The notes under the pieces were generated by a model. It was not told the DNA's origin. It did no database searches and saw nothing but the letters and a program-made list of their open reading frames with translations. Shown here piece after piece: positions 43,322-54,055 of a DNA stretch of 64,000 bases (within the stretch, counting starts at the first letter, position 1; every line of letters starts with the position of its first letter). The DNA is from Tetramitus jugosus (taxonomy: Eukaryota > Protista > Heterolobosea). The DNA lies in contig OW569349.1 of the NCBI GenBank assembly GCA_937625935.1, forward strand, positions 62,001 through 126,000, in the 5' to 3' direction. The position numbers and the translations under genes are program-made.

Positions 43322-46301
43322 TTAATTTGCTTTCGTTGTTCTTGGCTTGGTTTGGGTTTGAGTAGGTCCCTTCTTTGGTGTCTTGGAAGCAGTAGAGGCG
43401 GTGGATGGCTTGGTTGATGTTGGCTTTCCAGAAGCGGCAGTCTTCTTCTTCTTTTGGTCGTAATCCTTGCTGGTGGACAGCAAGCTACCACCTTGACTCT
43501 TTGCTTCGTACATTCTCTCGTTCCAGTCAACGTATGCAGTGGTGGTTTCACTCAATTGCAGGGCCAACTGTTGCAGCTTTGTTGGCTCACTTCTGTACAA
43601 CTTGAAGCTGTTGGTTGGTTGATCCCATGCAGCGTATAGCTCTTCATTGGTCATCATTTTGCTGACAATACCATGCACGAGTCTCTCTTCAAGACTAAAC
43701 ATGGTAGACAAGTGGTTAACAGCAATGGTGTCGTAGTGATGTCCATATGAGAACAAGTAGGTTCTCATTGCTTCAACCTTAATTCTCTCTGCAAGCATTG
43801 CCTTTACCTTCTCAGAGTCAATCATTAGATTCCACATGTCCTCCAAAGCAATCAAATGAGCAAAGCAATCCTCCCAGTCACCGAGCGTCAGAGTCTTTGC
43901 AGCAACAATGATGTGCTCCTTGGTGTTTTCTGGTGGACCAGTGAAGACTTGGCGATCATAGAACTCAAGAGCACGTCTCAAAGACTTGGAGATCACCTTG
44001 CGCTTGGTAAAGCTTCTTTGAGCCATATTTGGAACTTCCAAGATCATGGCACTGATCAAGTGTACACCTTCCAACAGATCGAGATTGATGTGCTTGTGGA
44101 ACAGAACGAGTCTGCTTCTTTCAACCTTTTCAGTGTCGACCTTCTTTGTCTTATCAGCGTGTCTGTTGACTGTCAGTGCTTGTGCCAACAGTTCCTTTGT
44201 CTTACCAGAGCTGCAAATCTCACTCAACAAGTGATGTGCCTCAGTGATCAAACCACATCTGAATGCACAGATACCAAGTTGGCAAATTGCTCTATTGTAT
44301 CCAATCATGACCGAAATATCTCTTTCGGCCATTTGATTGATGGATTCACCAATACGAGTTCTTAACACCAATTCACTTGCTCTCTCCCAGTCACCACGCA
44401 GAGCCAAATGATAGATGAGAGAAACGACACACTTTGTGTTTTGCAACACTTGAAGAGTGTTGGACTGGGCAGCATTCTCTGCAAAGACCAAGTTGGACAA
44501 ACGAATCAAAATAGAGTGCAAATCCTCACTGATGACTGATGGCCTATCGAATGTGACAGCAACAGATTCACCCTTTGATATCCAAGTCTTGCTCATCTCG
44601 GACAAGATTTGTGGAACGAGTTCTCTTTGCTTCTTGATCAATCTCTCATGATCATCTTGCTTTCTGTAGTACAAGTGCTCGATCAATCTAACGGCAACAG
44701 CTGCTTGACTAGATGGTCCACATAATTCGAACACGCGCTCACCAATATCCAAAACGAGCATTTCATCCTTCAAACGATTCACATAATCTTGGGTATGTGG
44801 ATCAATAAATTGGAGGGACTTAATAAATTCATTGTCCAATCTCTCGAACAAAATGACCAAGTTAGGGAACTGCAAGCCACTATTGTTCTTCATCAAGTAC
44901 AAAACACGTGCAAAGTTGCAAATGGCAACCTTCCATGTGTCAACAGGCAAAAAGTCAGCATGTGGTGTACCCAAATCGAGCAATGTGTTGACAATCATTT
45001 CCAAAACGAGCAAAGTCTTGTTTGGTTGCTCAGCAATCTTCAAGTACTTTTCCAATTCGAGCAATTGATCAGCAGAGTTGGTTCCCTTGTAACCACGCTC
45101 ATGCTTCATTTCAGTCAAACGCTCCTCCAAGTTATCCTCGGTGATAACACGGTCTCTTCCAGTCTTGGCTGGTGCAGTCTTCTTCTTTGGTGCAACTGGC
45201 TTCTTTCTTTGAGCAGGTGCTTCGTTTTGACCCGTCTTCTTATCGTCATCAGTCTTCTTCTTGTTGGTCTTACCCTTGTTGCCGACAACATCGCTCCACT
45301 CATCAGTTGGTTGTTGAACCTTTGTCAACTGATCTTGAGCAGCTTGGGACTTGTCGAACCAGGATTCAGCAGCATCTTGCTCCTCAACGTCGCTATCTTC
45401 TTCATCATGATCCACATAGCCATCAGGATCCTTTCTATAGTTGGAAATTGGTTGTTTGAATGGTGCATTCAACTTTCTGAGCTTACCTCTCACACTACCA
45501 AGTGCCTTAGCGTGTTCAGTTGTAATCTTGGCTCTGTTCTTGAACGCTCTCTCGGCAGAGTCTTCAAGATTGGCGACAAAACGAATATAACTCTTTGGAA
45601 CAAAATCACTTTCAGTGTATGATGGAATTTGAAGCTTTTGAACCTTCTCAACAGCCTTCATCACATTCTTTAACTCGTCTTCAATGTCTTTCCATGAATT
45701 GGCAGAAATCTTGGTTTCTACCTTGAATTGCAAATCGTTCAAGTGTTGAATACTCTTGTCCTTTGCTGAACGAACAACACGCTTCGTGTCGTCTTCTTCT
45801 TCGTCATCACTGTCGAATCTTGATCTGTTTATTTGGATTGAAAATTCGTATGGACGCACACAACACATGTCAGCAAAGTGAACAAAACAAAAAAAATCGA
45901 TCATGACAGAGATAAAAAAAGCATGACAATACAAACCTTCTCCTTGGTTTCTCATCATCATCTTCGTCTAGATCACTGTCCAAATCGCTGTCAGATTCAG
46001 AATCGGATCCATCCTTCTTCAACCATCTGTTTCTTCTCTCTTGCAAACGTTTTTGTTCGTCAGAAACAGCTGGTACATCTTCTTCGTCTTCATTTTGATA
46101 AGTTGGACGTTTTTGTGGTTTCTCTTCTTCTTCATCGGATTCTTCTTCGGAACCCTCCTCTTCTGACTCTTCTTCACTGTCGGAAATGTTCTTCTTGAGC
46201 CATGTATTCTTTTTTGGAGTTTCTTCCTCTTCTTCAGAGGAGTATTCTTCTGATTCTTCGTCGTCTGAAATATCGATCTTCTTCTTTAACCACTGACTCA
46301 T
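43322..46301 (-). CDS. EIF3C: Translation initiation factor 3 subunit C; intron 45825-45936
   Basis: KRVVRSAKDK, KSLQFIDPHTQDYV, YNRAICQLGICAFR, HINLDLLE, GPPENTKEH, PCI domain; acidic first exon joins in frame RR|SRF. Confidence 0.95.
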
Positions 46302-46471
46302 GTTTTGTTGATTGTTGTTATTGGTGGTTTTTTTCTCGTGTGATGGATTTGCGTGAAGCTTTTTTGTGTGTGATAAAATTCTTTTTGTGCGAGTGAAGAG
46401 AAAAATATGCAAGATTACAAAATTAATCTATTTGTCCGCTTCAAGTTGGAGAGTGAAAGTTGCGAACTGAT

Positions 46472-47833
46472 CTAGAGCTTAGAGGCGAGTTGGCTGTAAT
46501 CTTTGTTGATTTTGAATCTGGTTCTCTCTTCTGAACCGTACTGTTGTTGTTCAACTGTTGCCAGTCCAGATATGAACGATCCCAGGACTGGTGCAAACTT
46601 GAACAAGTGACCGCTGCAACCACTTGCGATCACAATGTTAGAGTCACTCGGATGATAGTCAATGATAAAATCGTGATCTGGTGTGACAGTATAGAGACAT
46701 GTGTGCATCTGTTGTGGCTCCTCGGGATTCTCATACTTCAAACTGAATACTTTCTCCATAAAGTTCGACAGAAGACTCTTCTTTGCGTCTGGCATGACAA
46801 ATGTTCGATTATTTGGATTGGTCAAGTAGTCTTCCTTGACTGCAAAGTGAACTCCTGCCTTAATATACCCATAGTTCTCACAAGGCAGTGTCGGAAATCC
46901 ATAGTATGCCAACTCTGTCTTGTCCTCGACTGCTTCCAAGAACTTTTTCTGTTCCAGTGTTTCACCATGAAAGTGTTGCCCCCAATGGATCCAAATTGGA
47001 AATGCATCCTTTTCAAATGTCTTCAAATCATGCTTGACGTCAAAGAAGGCATAACTCATCTGTTGTGGTTGCAAATGTTGAATAATGGGTCGTTGTTTCA
47101 CCTCATTCGCACGTCCGTCATTATGGAGAAGTATATGATTGTTGACGAATTGTGATGTCCATGAACCTACACATACAATCACCTTTTTCGTAACGTATAT
47201 GTTATTATTGGTTCGAACAGCATACAGTTTATCCTCGGATGCATCCAGCGACATGACCTGTATCACAGTTTCATTGTCGTGAAAATGAACACCACCATTG
47301 TGCTGTGCCAAGTATTGAAACATTCGCACGCATTCAACAGCATTCAACGATCCTCCATCTTTCTGGTACACTCCGAGATAATCCTCAGTCACTGCAAACG
47401 ATTTTGCCAAGGCAGGAAACTTTGCCCTCAACTCTGACGCATTAAAAATCTCATGTTCCACATTATTCTTCGTCACCACCTGCACCACTTTTTGCAAGTC
47501 CGGATTGCTTGCACGACCAAAGTCCAACGTACCTGTATTCACGTACAATGAGTCATTGTGAGGGTACAATTTTTGTAATTGTTTCCATTTGGCAAGCGAT
47601 TCTATACCCATTCGAGAGTACATTGCATCTTCATACGTATATCGGATAATTCGTGAGTTGCCATGTGAGCTTCCTCTGTTGTGCAGTGCACTAAACTGTT
47701 CCAACAATAAAATCTTGGCATTCTTCACCGTTTGGGAAAGTTGATAGGCTGTACTGGAACCTAAAATACCAGCACCAATCACAATATAGTCATAGTGATT
47801 CTCATTTGCGCTGTTCGTGTACTTGAGTTTCAT
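46472..47833 (-). CDS. Peroxisomal sarcosine/L-pipecolate oxidase (PIPOX-like) with PTS1
   Basis: IVIGAGILG, GSSHGNSRIIR, CLYTVTPDHDFIID, SGHLFKFAP; ends SKL. Confidence 0.92.
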   Translation of the reverse strand: MKLKYTNSANENHYDYIVIGAGILGSSTAYQLSQTVKNAKILLLEQFSALHNRGSSHGNSRIIRYTYEDAMYSRMGIESLAKWKQLQKLYPHNDSLYVNTGTLDFGRASNPDLQKVVQVVTKNNVEHEIFNASELRAKFPALAKSFAVTEDYLGVYQKDGGSLNAVECVRMFQYLAQHNGGVHFHDNETVIQVMSLDASEDKLYAVRTNNNIYVTKKVIVCVGSWTSQFVNNHILLHNDGRANEVKQRPIIQHLQPQQMSYAFFDVKHDLKTFEKDAFPIWIHWGQHFHGETLEQKKFLEAVEDKTELAYYGFPTLPCENYGYIKAGVHFAVKEDYLTNPNNRTFVMPDAKKSLLSNFMEKVFSLKYENPEEPQQMHTCLYTVTPDHDFIIDYHPSDSNIVIASGCSGHLFKFAPVLGSFISGLATVEQQQYGSEERTRFKINKDYSQLASKL

Positions 47834-48353
47834 TTTTTTTTTGCTCTTCACACGATTTTGCGTGCTGGAACGATGACATCGGAGAAACGCGTGAGGGCAT
47901 TTACTCATTTCGACAAAACAGCCCAATCTATTCATCCAAGAAGCGCGGAAAGAACAGTTTTGTACAAGTGAGTATCCAATGAGAACTTGTGTGTGAAATT
48001 CTGTATTTGTGGGCCTTGCCAAACAACCATTCCTCCTGATTTTTGGCCTTCTCGTAGGTTTTTAATTGTCGCAACGAATCGAGGTAAGATGTTTTTAGCG
48101 AGCAACCTTGTCAATGTCAAAATATCGATTGGTGGATAATCACAATCCCTTGATAGCTTGTGTCTTTGTGACACATTGGCGTCATTAATTTCGGTGGTCC
48201 GTGGAGGACTTCGTTAGGTATTCTTGCTTTCGTTTGTGGCAACCTCCAAAATCTCAACAATCCCAATAACTTCAGTGTTCGATTTGCAACCACAACAACC
48301 AACGAACATTCTCTGAATTCGTACGAACCCTTCTCCTGTTTCACTAGCTCAAT

Positions 48354-49952
48354 ATGTTTCGCTGGAGGAAAAAGTCTAATGGCAACGGAGCGACATCTAG
48401 TAGTCTATCCTCGTCGCCTACCACACCATCTTCAGCTGCTACACACCAATACTTTTCTTCTCCCATTGTGAACAATCAACAAACAAGTGTTGCTGTCGCA
48501 GAAAGTGATGCCACTTCTTTGTCAGATGATCCAGAATTTGACAGTTCCTTTGAAGGAGTGTTGGACTCTGACACGTGGAGAGCTCTCTTTCGGCAGTATC
48601 TCTTGTCAACGCACAATGGAGAGCCACTTGAGTTTATGGAGCAAGTAGAGCTGTATCACACCAAGAAATCTCCCAAGAATCGTTATCATGCTGCCAAGGA
48701 GATTGTCAATGCATATCTTCGTGAGAAGAGTCCCAAGGAAATCAACATCTCAAAGCAGCACCGAACCACTGTGATCACCCAGTTTGAGCAATTCTCTGAA
48801 GATCATTGTCCAAAGACTCTGTTTGATGAGGTGAGTGGTGCCATTGTTCTCGAGCTCAAGGAAGACTGCTTTCCAAAGTTTTTATCAAGCGCCTTTGTGG
48901 CCAAGTACATTGCCAAGCAAGAGGAGCAACAAGCCAAGAAGTTGAACAGCCAACAGACTGGAACGGACTCTACATCGGCAACACTGCCCAATCACCATCA
49001 ACAGATCCTCAATAACAACAACAAGAACAAGAATAACAATGACAATTCGATGAGTGATGTGACTTCTTGTGATGAACTTTCGGACACTTCCAATGCATTG
49101 CCAGACAAGGAAGTGGAAGTGACAGACAAGATGTTCTTCAGTGGAATGGACAGAAAGAGCTACAATATTACAAAGGAAGAATTTGAGTACGTGTTGAGAG
49201 AGGCAACGGACAATGATCACACAGAATGGGTTAAACTCACTCGGAAGTCCAAATTCGAAGGCAGAGCAATCTATTTGAGCAAGAACTCGTTTATGTTCAA
49301 TGATGTATCGTCGTCTGGAAAGTTGAAAAGGCGGTATATCCACAAGATGAAAGAGGAAGGATATGTCCCATATGGCGTCGATGAATTGTTCTATGCAATG
49401 GCAGATATGGATTTTGCTCATTCAATAGAAGATGAATGGATGAACGGAAAGCATCATACATTTGTTCCAGCATCAGACACCAATCAGTTTGCATCTACAG
49501 TGTACGTTTCGCAGTACAAGTGTGCTTTTCCTCTCAAGAATCGAGAGTTCTTGTTCAGTGCCGCAGCTGCGAGACATGGAGATAATCTTATCTTTGCCAG
49601 AAAATCAATGAATAGTCCAGAGATGGTAAAGGCAAGCAAGGGATTCGTTCGAGCAGAGAGTGTAGGCGGCATCGTGTTTGAGAAAATTTACAAGGACAAA
49701 ACAAAGTATACAAACACTGCCCTGATTGATTTTGGAGGACAGTTCCCCATTCGGCTATGGAATTATGCTTTATCCAAGAGAGATGATAAATTCCATGCCA
49801 ATGTGATTCGAGCAGTCGAGCAACGGCGAAAGTTGAATGCAAAGAATGGAGTCCTTGATGCTCCACCTCCAGAGAATTCTTTTGGTCTTGTTGACACTCT
49901 CAAAGCCAACGAGAAAATCGTGCAGGAGCAGAACATTGAGTTTTCGTGTTAA
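48354..49952 (+). CDS. RGS + START domain protein, paralog 1
   Basis: RGS: FRQYL...EPLEF...YL...SPKEINIS...FPKF; START: FPLKNREF, KGFVRA, IDFGGQFP. Confidence 0.88.
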   Translation: MFRWRKKSNGNGATSSSLSSSPTTPSSAATHQYFSSPIVNNQQTSVAVAESDATSLSDDPEFDSSFEGVLDSDTWRALFRQYLLSTHNGEPLEFMEQVELYHTKKSPKNRYHAAKEIVNAYLREKSPKEINISKQHRTTVITQFEQFSEDHCPKTLFDEVSGAIVLELKEDCFPKFLSSAFVAKYIAKQEEQQAKKLNSQQTGTDSTSATLPNHHQQILNNNNKNKNNNDNSMSDVTSCDELSDTSNALPDKEVEVTDKMFFSGMDRKSYNITKEEFEYVLREATDNDHTEWVKLTRKSKFEGRAIYLSKNSFMFNDVSSSGKLKRRYIHKMKEEGYVPYGVDELFYAMADMDFAHSIEDEWMNGKHHTFVPASDTNQFASTVYVSQYKCAFPLKNREFLFSAAAARHGDNLIFARKSMNSPEMVKASKGFVRAESVGGIVFEKIYKDKTKYTNTALIDFGGQFPIRLWNYALSKRDDKFHANVIRAVEQRRKLNAKNGVLDAPPPENSFGLVDTLKANEKIVQEQNIEFSC

Positions 49953-50560
49953 ATACAGTCAAAACAATTGAACAAACTGGTGGCTCACAATTAAATTACT
50001 TGTAAAATAAAGAAGAATGTCAAAATATGTTGTTGATAACCAGGTGAGCATACCCACCTTTGTAAGCAGCCAATTGTCAGCTAGAAGGAGTGTCAAACCT
50101 AAATGTTCTTTCTCGTCAAATGAATTGACGTACAAAGCAACAAGAAAATCAAGGTGGGTTCGCAAGTCAATTCAGAATCTTTTGTCAACCAGTGACTCAG
50201 ATCAAGGACCGAAAAAAACAGTTGCTCGACAAGGACCAGAGAGACTAGATTCAAGATACTATTGAAGTTGAGGACAGCTCAAATCAAAGGAAGATACTAA
50301 TGTCATTTGGTTGAATCGAATTGCTATAAGAAAGAAGACAGGATGATATCCACGAGGCCAAAGAAAACTGCCATATTAATCTGTAAAGAAACTAAGGATG
50401 GACTTGAAAGTACAAAAGGATAGTGAATCTTGAATGGAGATTTTGGTGTATTGGTATGTTTGCATATTAATGTAAGTTTTTCCACTGAAAGTTCTGGATG
50501 ATTCATGTTATTAGTGTTAAGCAATGATAGAATTTTCTCCGTAAATAGGTCCTTTATTAG

Positions 50561-51302
50561 TTTTTTTCGTCCATACAACCATGTGTAGTCGGAGTCATCA
50601 TCCACTTCCACAATGACTGGTTCGTCCTCAGTCAAACCATACCTTTTGCGTGCGGCAGCCAACATCAATGCAGCAATTTCCTTTTTCACTCTAGCGAACA
50701 TCCTCCGTACGAGCGTCATTGTTATGTGTCTTCCTTGTGGGAGATGAATAGGCGATGAAGGGTGTCGACGCACCTCCTCTTCACCCTGTTCACGAATGAT
50801 TTAGTTTTCTTTTCCGCCATGACCTTCTTCACACCCTTCATACTCAAACCTTTTGTTTCTTGTTCCACTGTTTCATTTTCCACCCCCATCATACCCGAGA
50901 GGAACTCCTTGCTTGTCTTTCGGTTTTCCCTCACCGAAACTTTACCATCCTTCCACACAACATTTTCAAACCATAAATTGATTTGTTGATTACGGTGAAT
51001 GCCCAGCTTGTCAAGGTCTTTACCTACAGACAGTACCAGCATTTTTCTACGCACGATGGCCCTTACACAACGTATGAGATAGTGTTGAATCTTCCCTGGC
51101 TCTTTGAGACATCGCTCACATCTTTCCATCACTTCATCTTTGCCATACAGACTACGCACTTGAGCACAGAACCACTCCACTTGTCTTTTACTCTTGTGGG
51201 GATATTTCAGAAAGCTGAAGTCAGCATTGCGTCAGCTTGCAACCAGTAGAGCCCAATTCCCTTGATTCTTTCAGTCCTCTGTTGGTTCATTATTGACTGT
51301 AG
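50561..51302 (-). mobile_element. 5'-truncated non-LTR retrotransposon remnant B (distal to tRNA)
   Basis: Frameshifted ORF with CERC-x8-H-x4-C knuckle; collinear homology to remnant A; ends ATGGTTGTAT followed by an A7 run. Confidence 0.7.
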
Positions 51303-51321
51303 CTACTTGTGAGTTTTTTCC

Positions 51322-52001
51322 TTTTTTTTTAATACAACCATTTCGGTTGCTCACTTTATTGTCTTTTGTTTTCTTCGGCCATCGCTCGAAGAGCGATGAC
51401 CCTTGGTCACCTGATTAATTCTCAATGGCGCTCGCATTCACATAGGTTCTTGCTTTCTTACCGGCTTCTGCTGTTTTGATCCCAATCGCTACCAGACCGT
51501 TGGTGACATCTTCGATGGCATTTGTTTCTATGCCCATCATACCTTTCAGAAATTCTCTGCTCGTCCATCGCAATGGACGCTTTTCCATCTTGCCATCCTT
51601 CAGTCTCACATTATCGAACCATATGTCGATACAGCTGTTGACGGACAGACCCATTCTGATCAGCCCCTTACTGACAGTCAAGGCTAGACATCTTCTTGCA
51701 TACACAGCCCTTGGGCATCGAATGAGGCAGTGCAACACACTTTCGGGTTCTTTGTTGCACCAGACACACATTGTGGGATCAGCACCAGTGCTATACAGAC
51801 ATCGAACAACTTCCTTCGTGTGGAGTGTCCCACTTCTTACCTGAAGGCTGGAACCATTCCAGCCTTCTGTCAACAGAGTGTGGGTACTTGAGAAAGCAGA
51901 AGTCTGCTCCACTGTAGTTGGCATCCTTTTGAATCCACCAACGCTCACTCTTCTCTACCCGTGCATTCCTCTCCTGATCGAACAAGGACTGCAGATGTTC
52001 C
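51322..52001 (-). mobile_element. 5'-truncated non-LTR retrotransposon remnant A (proximal to tRNA)
   Basis: GTLHT..CVWCNKEPESVLHCLIRCP (zf-RVT-type Cx2Cx8Hx4C); one frameshift; 3' hairpin, AATAAA, ATGGTTGTAT and A9 tail. Confidence 0.75.
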
Positions 52002-52056
52002 CTACTAATGTGAGATTTTAGGACAGAAGGCTTTGCAAAATTTCATAAAAATATCT

Positions 52057-52153
52057 TCCCATATAGTCTAGCTGGTTAGGATATCCGGCTTTCACTTCCA
52101 AGCTGAAATGCAAAAGTCCCCGGAAGACCCGGGTTCGAGTCCCGGTATGGGAG
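52057..52153 (+). tRNA. tRNA-Glu(TTC) with 24-nt intron (52095-52118)
   Basis: Acceptor stem TCCCATA/TATGGGA, A box TAGTCTAGCTGG, anticodon stem TCCGG/CCGGA with TTC at 52091-52093, B box GGTTCGAGTCC. Confidence 0.96.
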
Positions 52154-52156
52154 AAG

Positions 52157-52161
52157 TTTTT
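52157..52161 (+). terminator. Pol III oligo-T terminator of the tRNA gene
   Basis: TTTTT starting 4 nt after the discriminator base. Confidence 0.75.
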
Positions 52162-52501
52162 GTTTTGGACCCAAAAAGATGCTGTGCGGCCAAATGTGAA
52201 ATTCTCTGACAGGCCATCGAGTCCAGGTCACCAAGAAGAAAGGAGCTTCGTAGTTCTTTGTATTGTGATGGTCAATGGTGATCGAATCTGTAATGCTGCA
52301 TTGCTTCGGAAAAATTTTCTTTATTCCTCTACTTTTGGGGATCTTGTGAGACAAAGACATCTTGTCAATGTCAATGAATTAGATTGGACCAGTTGAGTGT
52401 TCGGCATCCAATCTCCGAGGAGCAAAACCTCCACACAAACAACACATTCCAGTCTCAGCAAGAGCTACTTTTCTTTTTCAAACAACCACATCCACAGCCA
52501 A

Positions 52502-54055
52502 ATGTTCTGGAAGAACAAAAAGTCTCTTGGTTCAAATGGTCCGTCAAGCCCACCATCAGCTGCTACACACCAATACTTTTCTTCTCCCATTGTGAACAAT
52601 CAACAAACAAGTGTTGCTGTCGCAGAAAGTGATGCCACTTCTTTGTCAGATGATCCAGAATTTGACAGTTCTTTTGAAGGAGTGTTGGACTCTGACACAT
52701 GGAGAGCTCTCTTTCGGCAGTATCTCTTGTCGACACACAATGGAGAGCCACTTGAGTTTATGGAGCAAGTAGAGCTGTATCACACCAAGAAATCTCCCAA
52801 GAATCGGTATCATGCCGCCAAGGAGATTGTCAATGCCTATCTTCGTGAGAAGAGTCCCAAGGAAATTAACATCTCAAAGCAACACCGAACCACTGTGATC
52901 ACCCAGTTTGAGCAATTCTCTGAAGATCATTGTCCAAAGACACTATTTGATGAAGTGAGTGGGGCTATTACTCTAGAGCTCAAGGAAGATTGTTTTCCAA
53001 AGTTTATATCTAGTGCACTTGTTTTAAGGCATGTAACTAAGCAAGACGAACAACAAGCCAATAAGTTGAACAGCCAACAGACTGGAACGGACTCTACATC
53101 GACCGCACTACCCAATTCTAATCACGAGATTCTCAACAATAACAAGAACACCATGATGAGTGATGTGACTTCTTGTGATGAACTTTCGGATACTTCCAAT
53201 GCATTGCCAGATAAGGAAGTGGAAGTGACAGACAAGATGTTCTTCAGTGGAATGGACAGAAAGAGCTACAATATTACAAAGGAAGAATTTGAGTACGTGT
53301 TGAGAGAGGCAACGGACAATGATCACACAGAATGGGTTAAACTCACTCGGAAGTCCAAATTCGAAGGCAGAGCAATCTATTTGAGCAAGAACTCGTTTAT
53401 GTTCAATGATGTATCGTCTGGACAGTCCAAAAAGCGTTATATTCACAAGATGAAAGAGGAAGGATACTTCCCATACAGTGTAGATGAATTGTTCTATGCA
53501 ATATCAGATATTGATTTTGCGAATGCGATAGAAGATGAATGGATGAACGGAAAGCACCATACATTTGTTCCAGCATCAGATACGAATCAATTTGCATCAA
53601 CAGTGTTCATTGCGCAGTACAAGTGTCCGTTTCCTATCAAGAATCGAGAATTCCTGATAGGCGCTGCTGCTGTGCGACATGGAGATCACATTATCTTTGC
53701 CAGAAAATCAATGAACAGTCCAGACATGCCAAAGGCAAGCAAGGGATTCATTCGGGCAGAGTGTGTCGGTGGAATTGTGTTGGAGAAGATTTACAAGGAC
53801 AAGACAAAGTATACAAATACGACTCTTATTGATTTTGGAGGACAAATCCCCATTCGGCTATGGAACTATGGTTTGTCCAAGAGAGACGATAGATTCCATG
53901 CCAATGTGATTCGAGCAGTGGATCAACGACGAAAGTTGAATGCAAAGAATGGGATCATTGACGCTCCACCTCCAGAGAATTCTTTTGGTCTTGTTGACAC
54001 TCTCAAGGCCAACGAGAGAATCGTGCAAGAGCAAAACATTACTTTTTCTTGTTAA
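52502..54055 (+). CDS. RGS + START domain protein, paralog 2 (tandem duplicate)
   Basis: Highly similar to 48354-49952; ATG at 52502 (MFWKNKKS) aligns with the paralog 1 start. Confidence 0.88.
   Translation: MFWKNKKSLGSNGPSSPPSAATHQYFSSPIVNNQQTSVAVAESDATSLSDDPEFDSSFEGVLDSDTWRALFRQYLLSTHNGEPLEFMEQVELYHTKKSPKNRYHAAKEIVNAYLREKSPKEINISKQHRTTVITQFEQFSEDHCPKTLFDEVSGAITLELKEDCFPKFISSALVLRHVTKQDEQQANKLNSQQTGTDSTSTALPNSNHEILNNNKNTMMSDVTSCDELSDTSNALPDKEVEVTDKMFFSGMDRKSYNITKEEFEYVLREATDNDHTEWVKLTRKSKFEGRAIYLSKNSFMFNDVSSGQSKKRYIHKMKEEGYFPYSVDELFYAISDIDFANAIEDEWMNGKHHTFVPASDTNQFASTVFIAQYKCPFPIKNREFLIGAAAVRHGDHIIFARKSMNSPDMPKASKGFIRAECVGGIVLEKIYKDKTKYTNTTLIDFGGQIPIRLWNYGLSKRDDRFHANVIRAVDQRRKLNAKNGIIDAPPPENSFGLVDTLKANERIVQEQNITFSC

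Noticed and set aside
43856-45622. Long antisense ORFs opposite eIF3c and other genes
   Set aside because: Shadow frames from codon bias of the real genes; no motifs
45825-45936. C/D snoRNA in the eIF3c intron (ATGATCG...CTGA)
   Set aside because: Only about 40 nt, U-rich, and the CTGA is part of the branch-point motif GCTGAC
49953-50560. Possible third element or gene fragment left of remnant B
   Set aside because: AT-rich, with no recognisable motif or homology to A/B by eye
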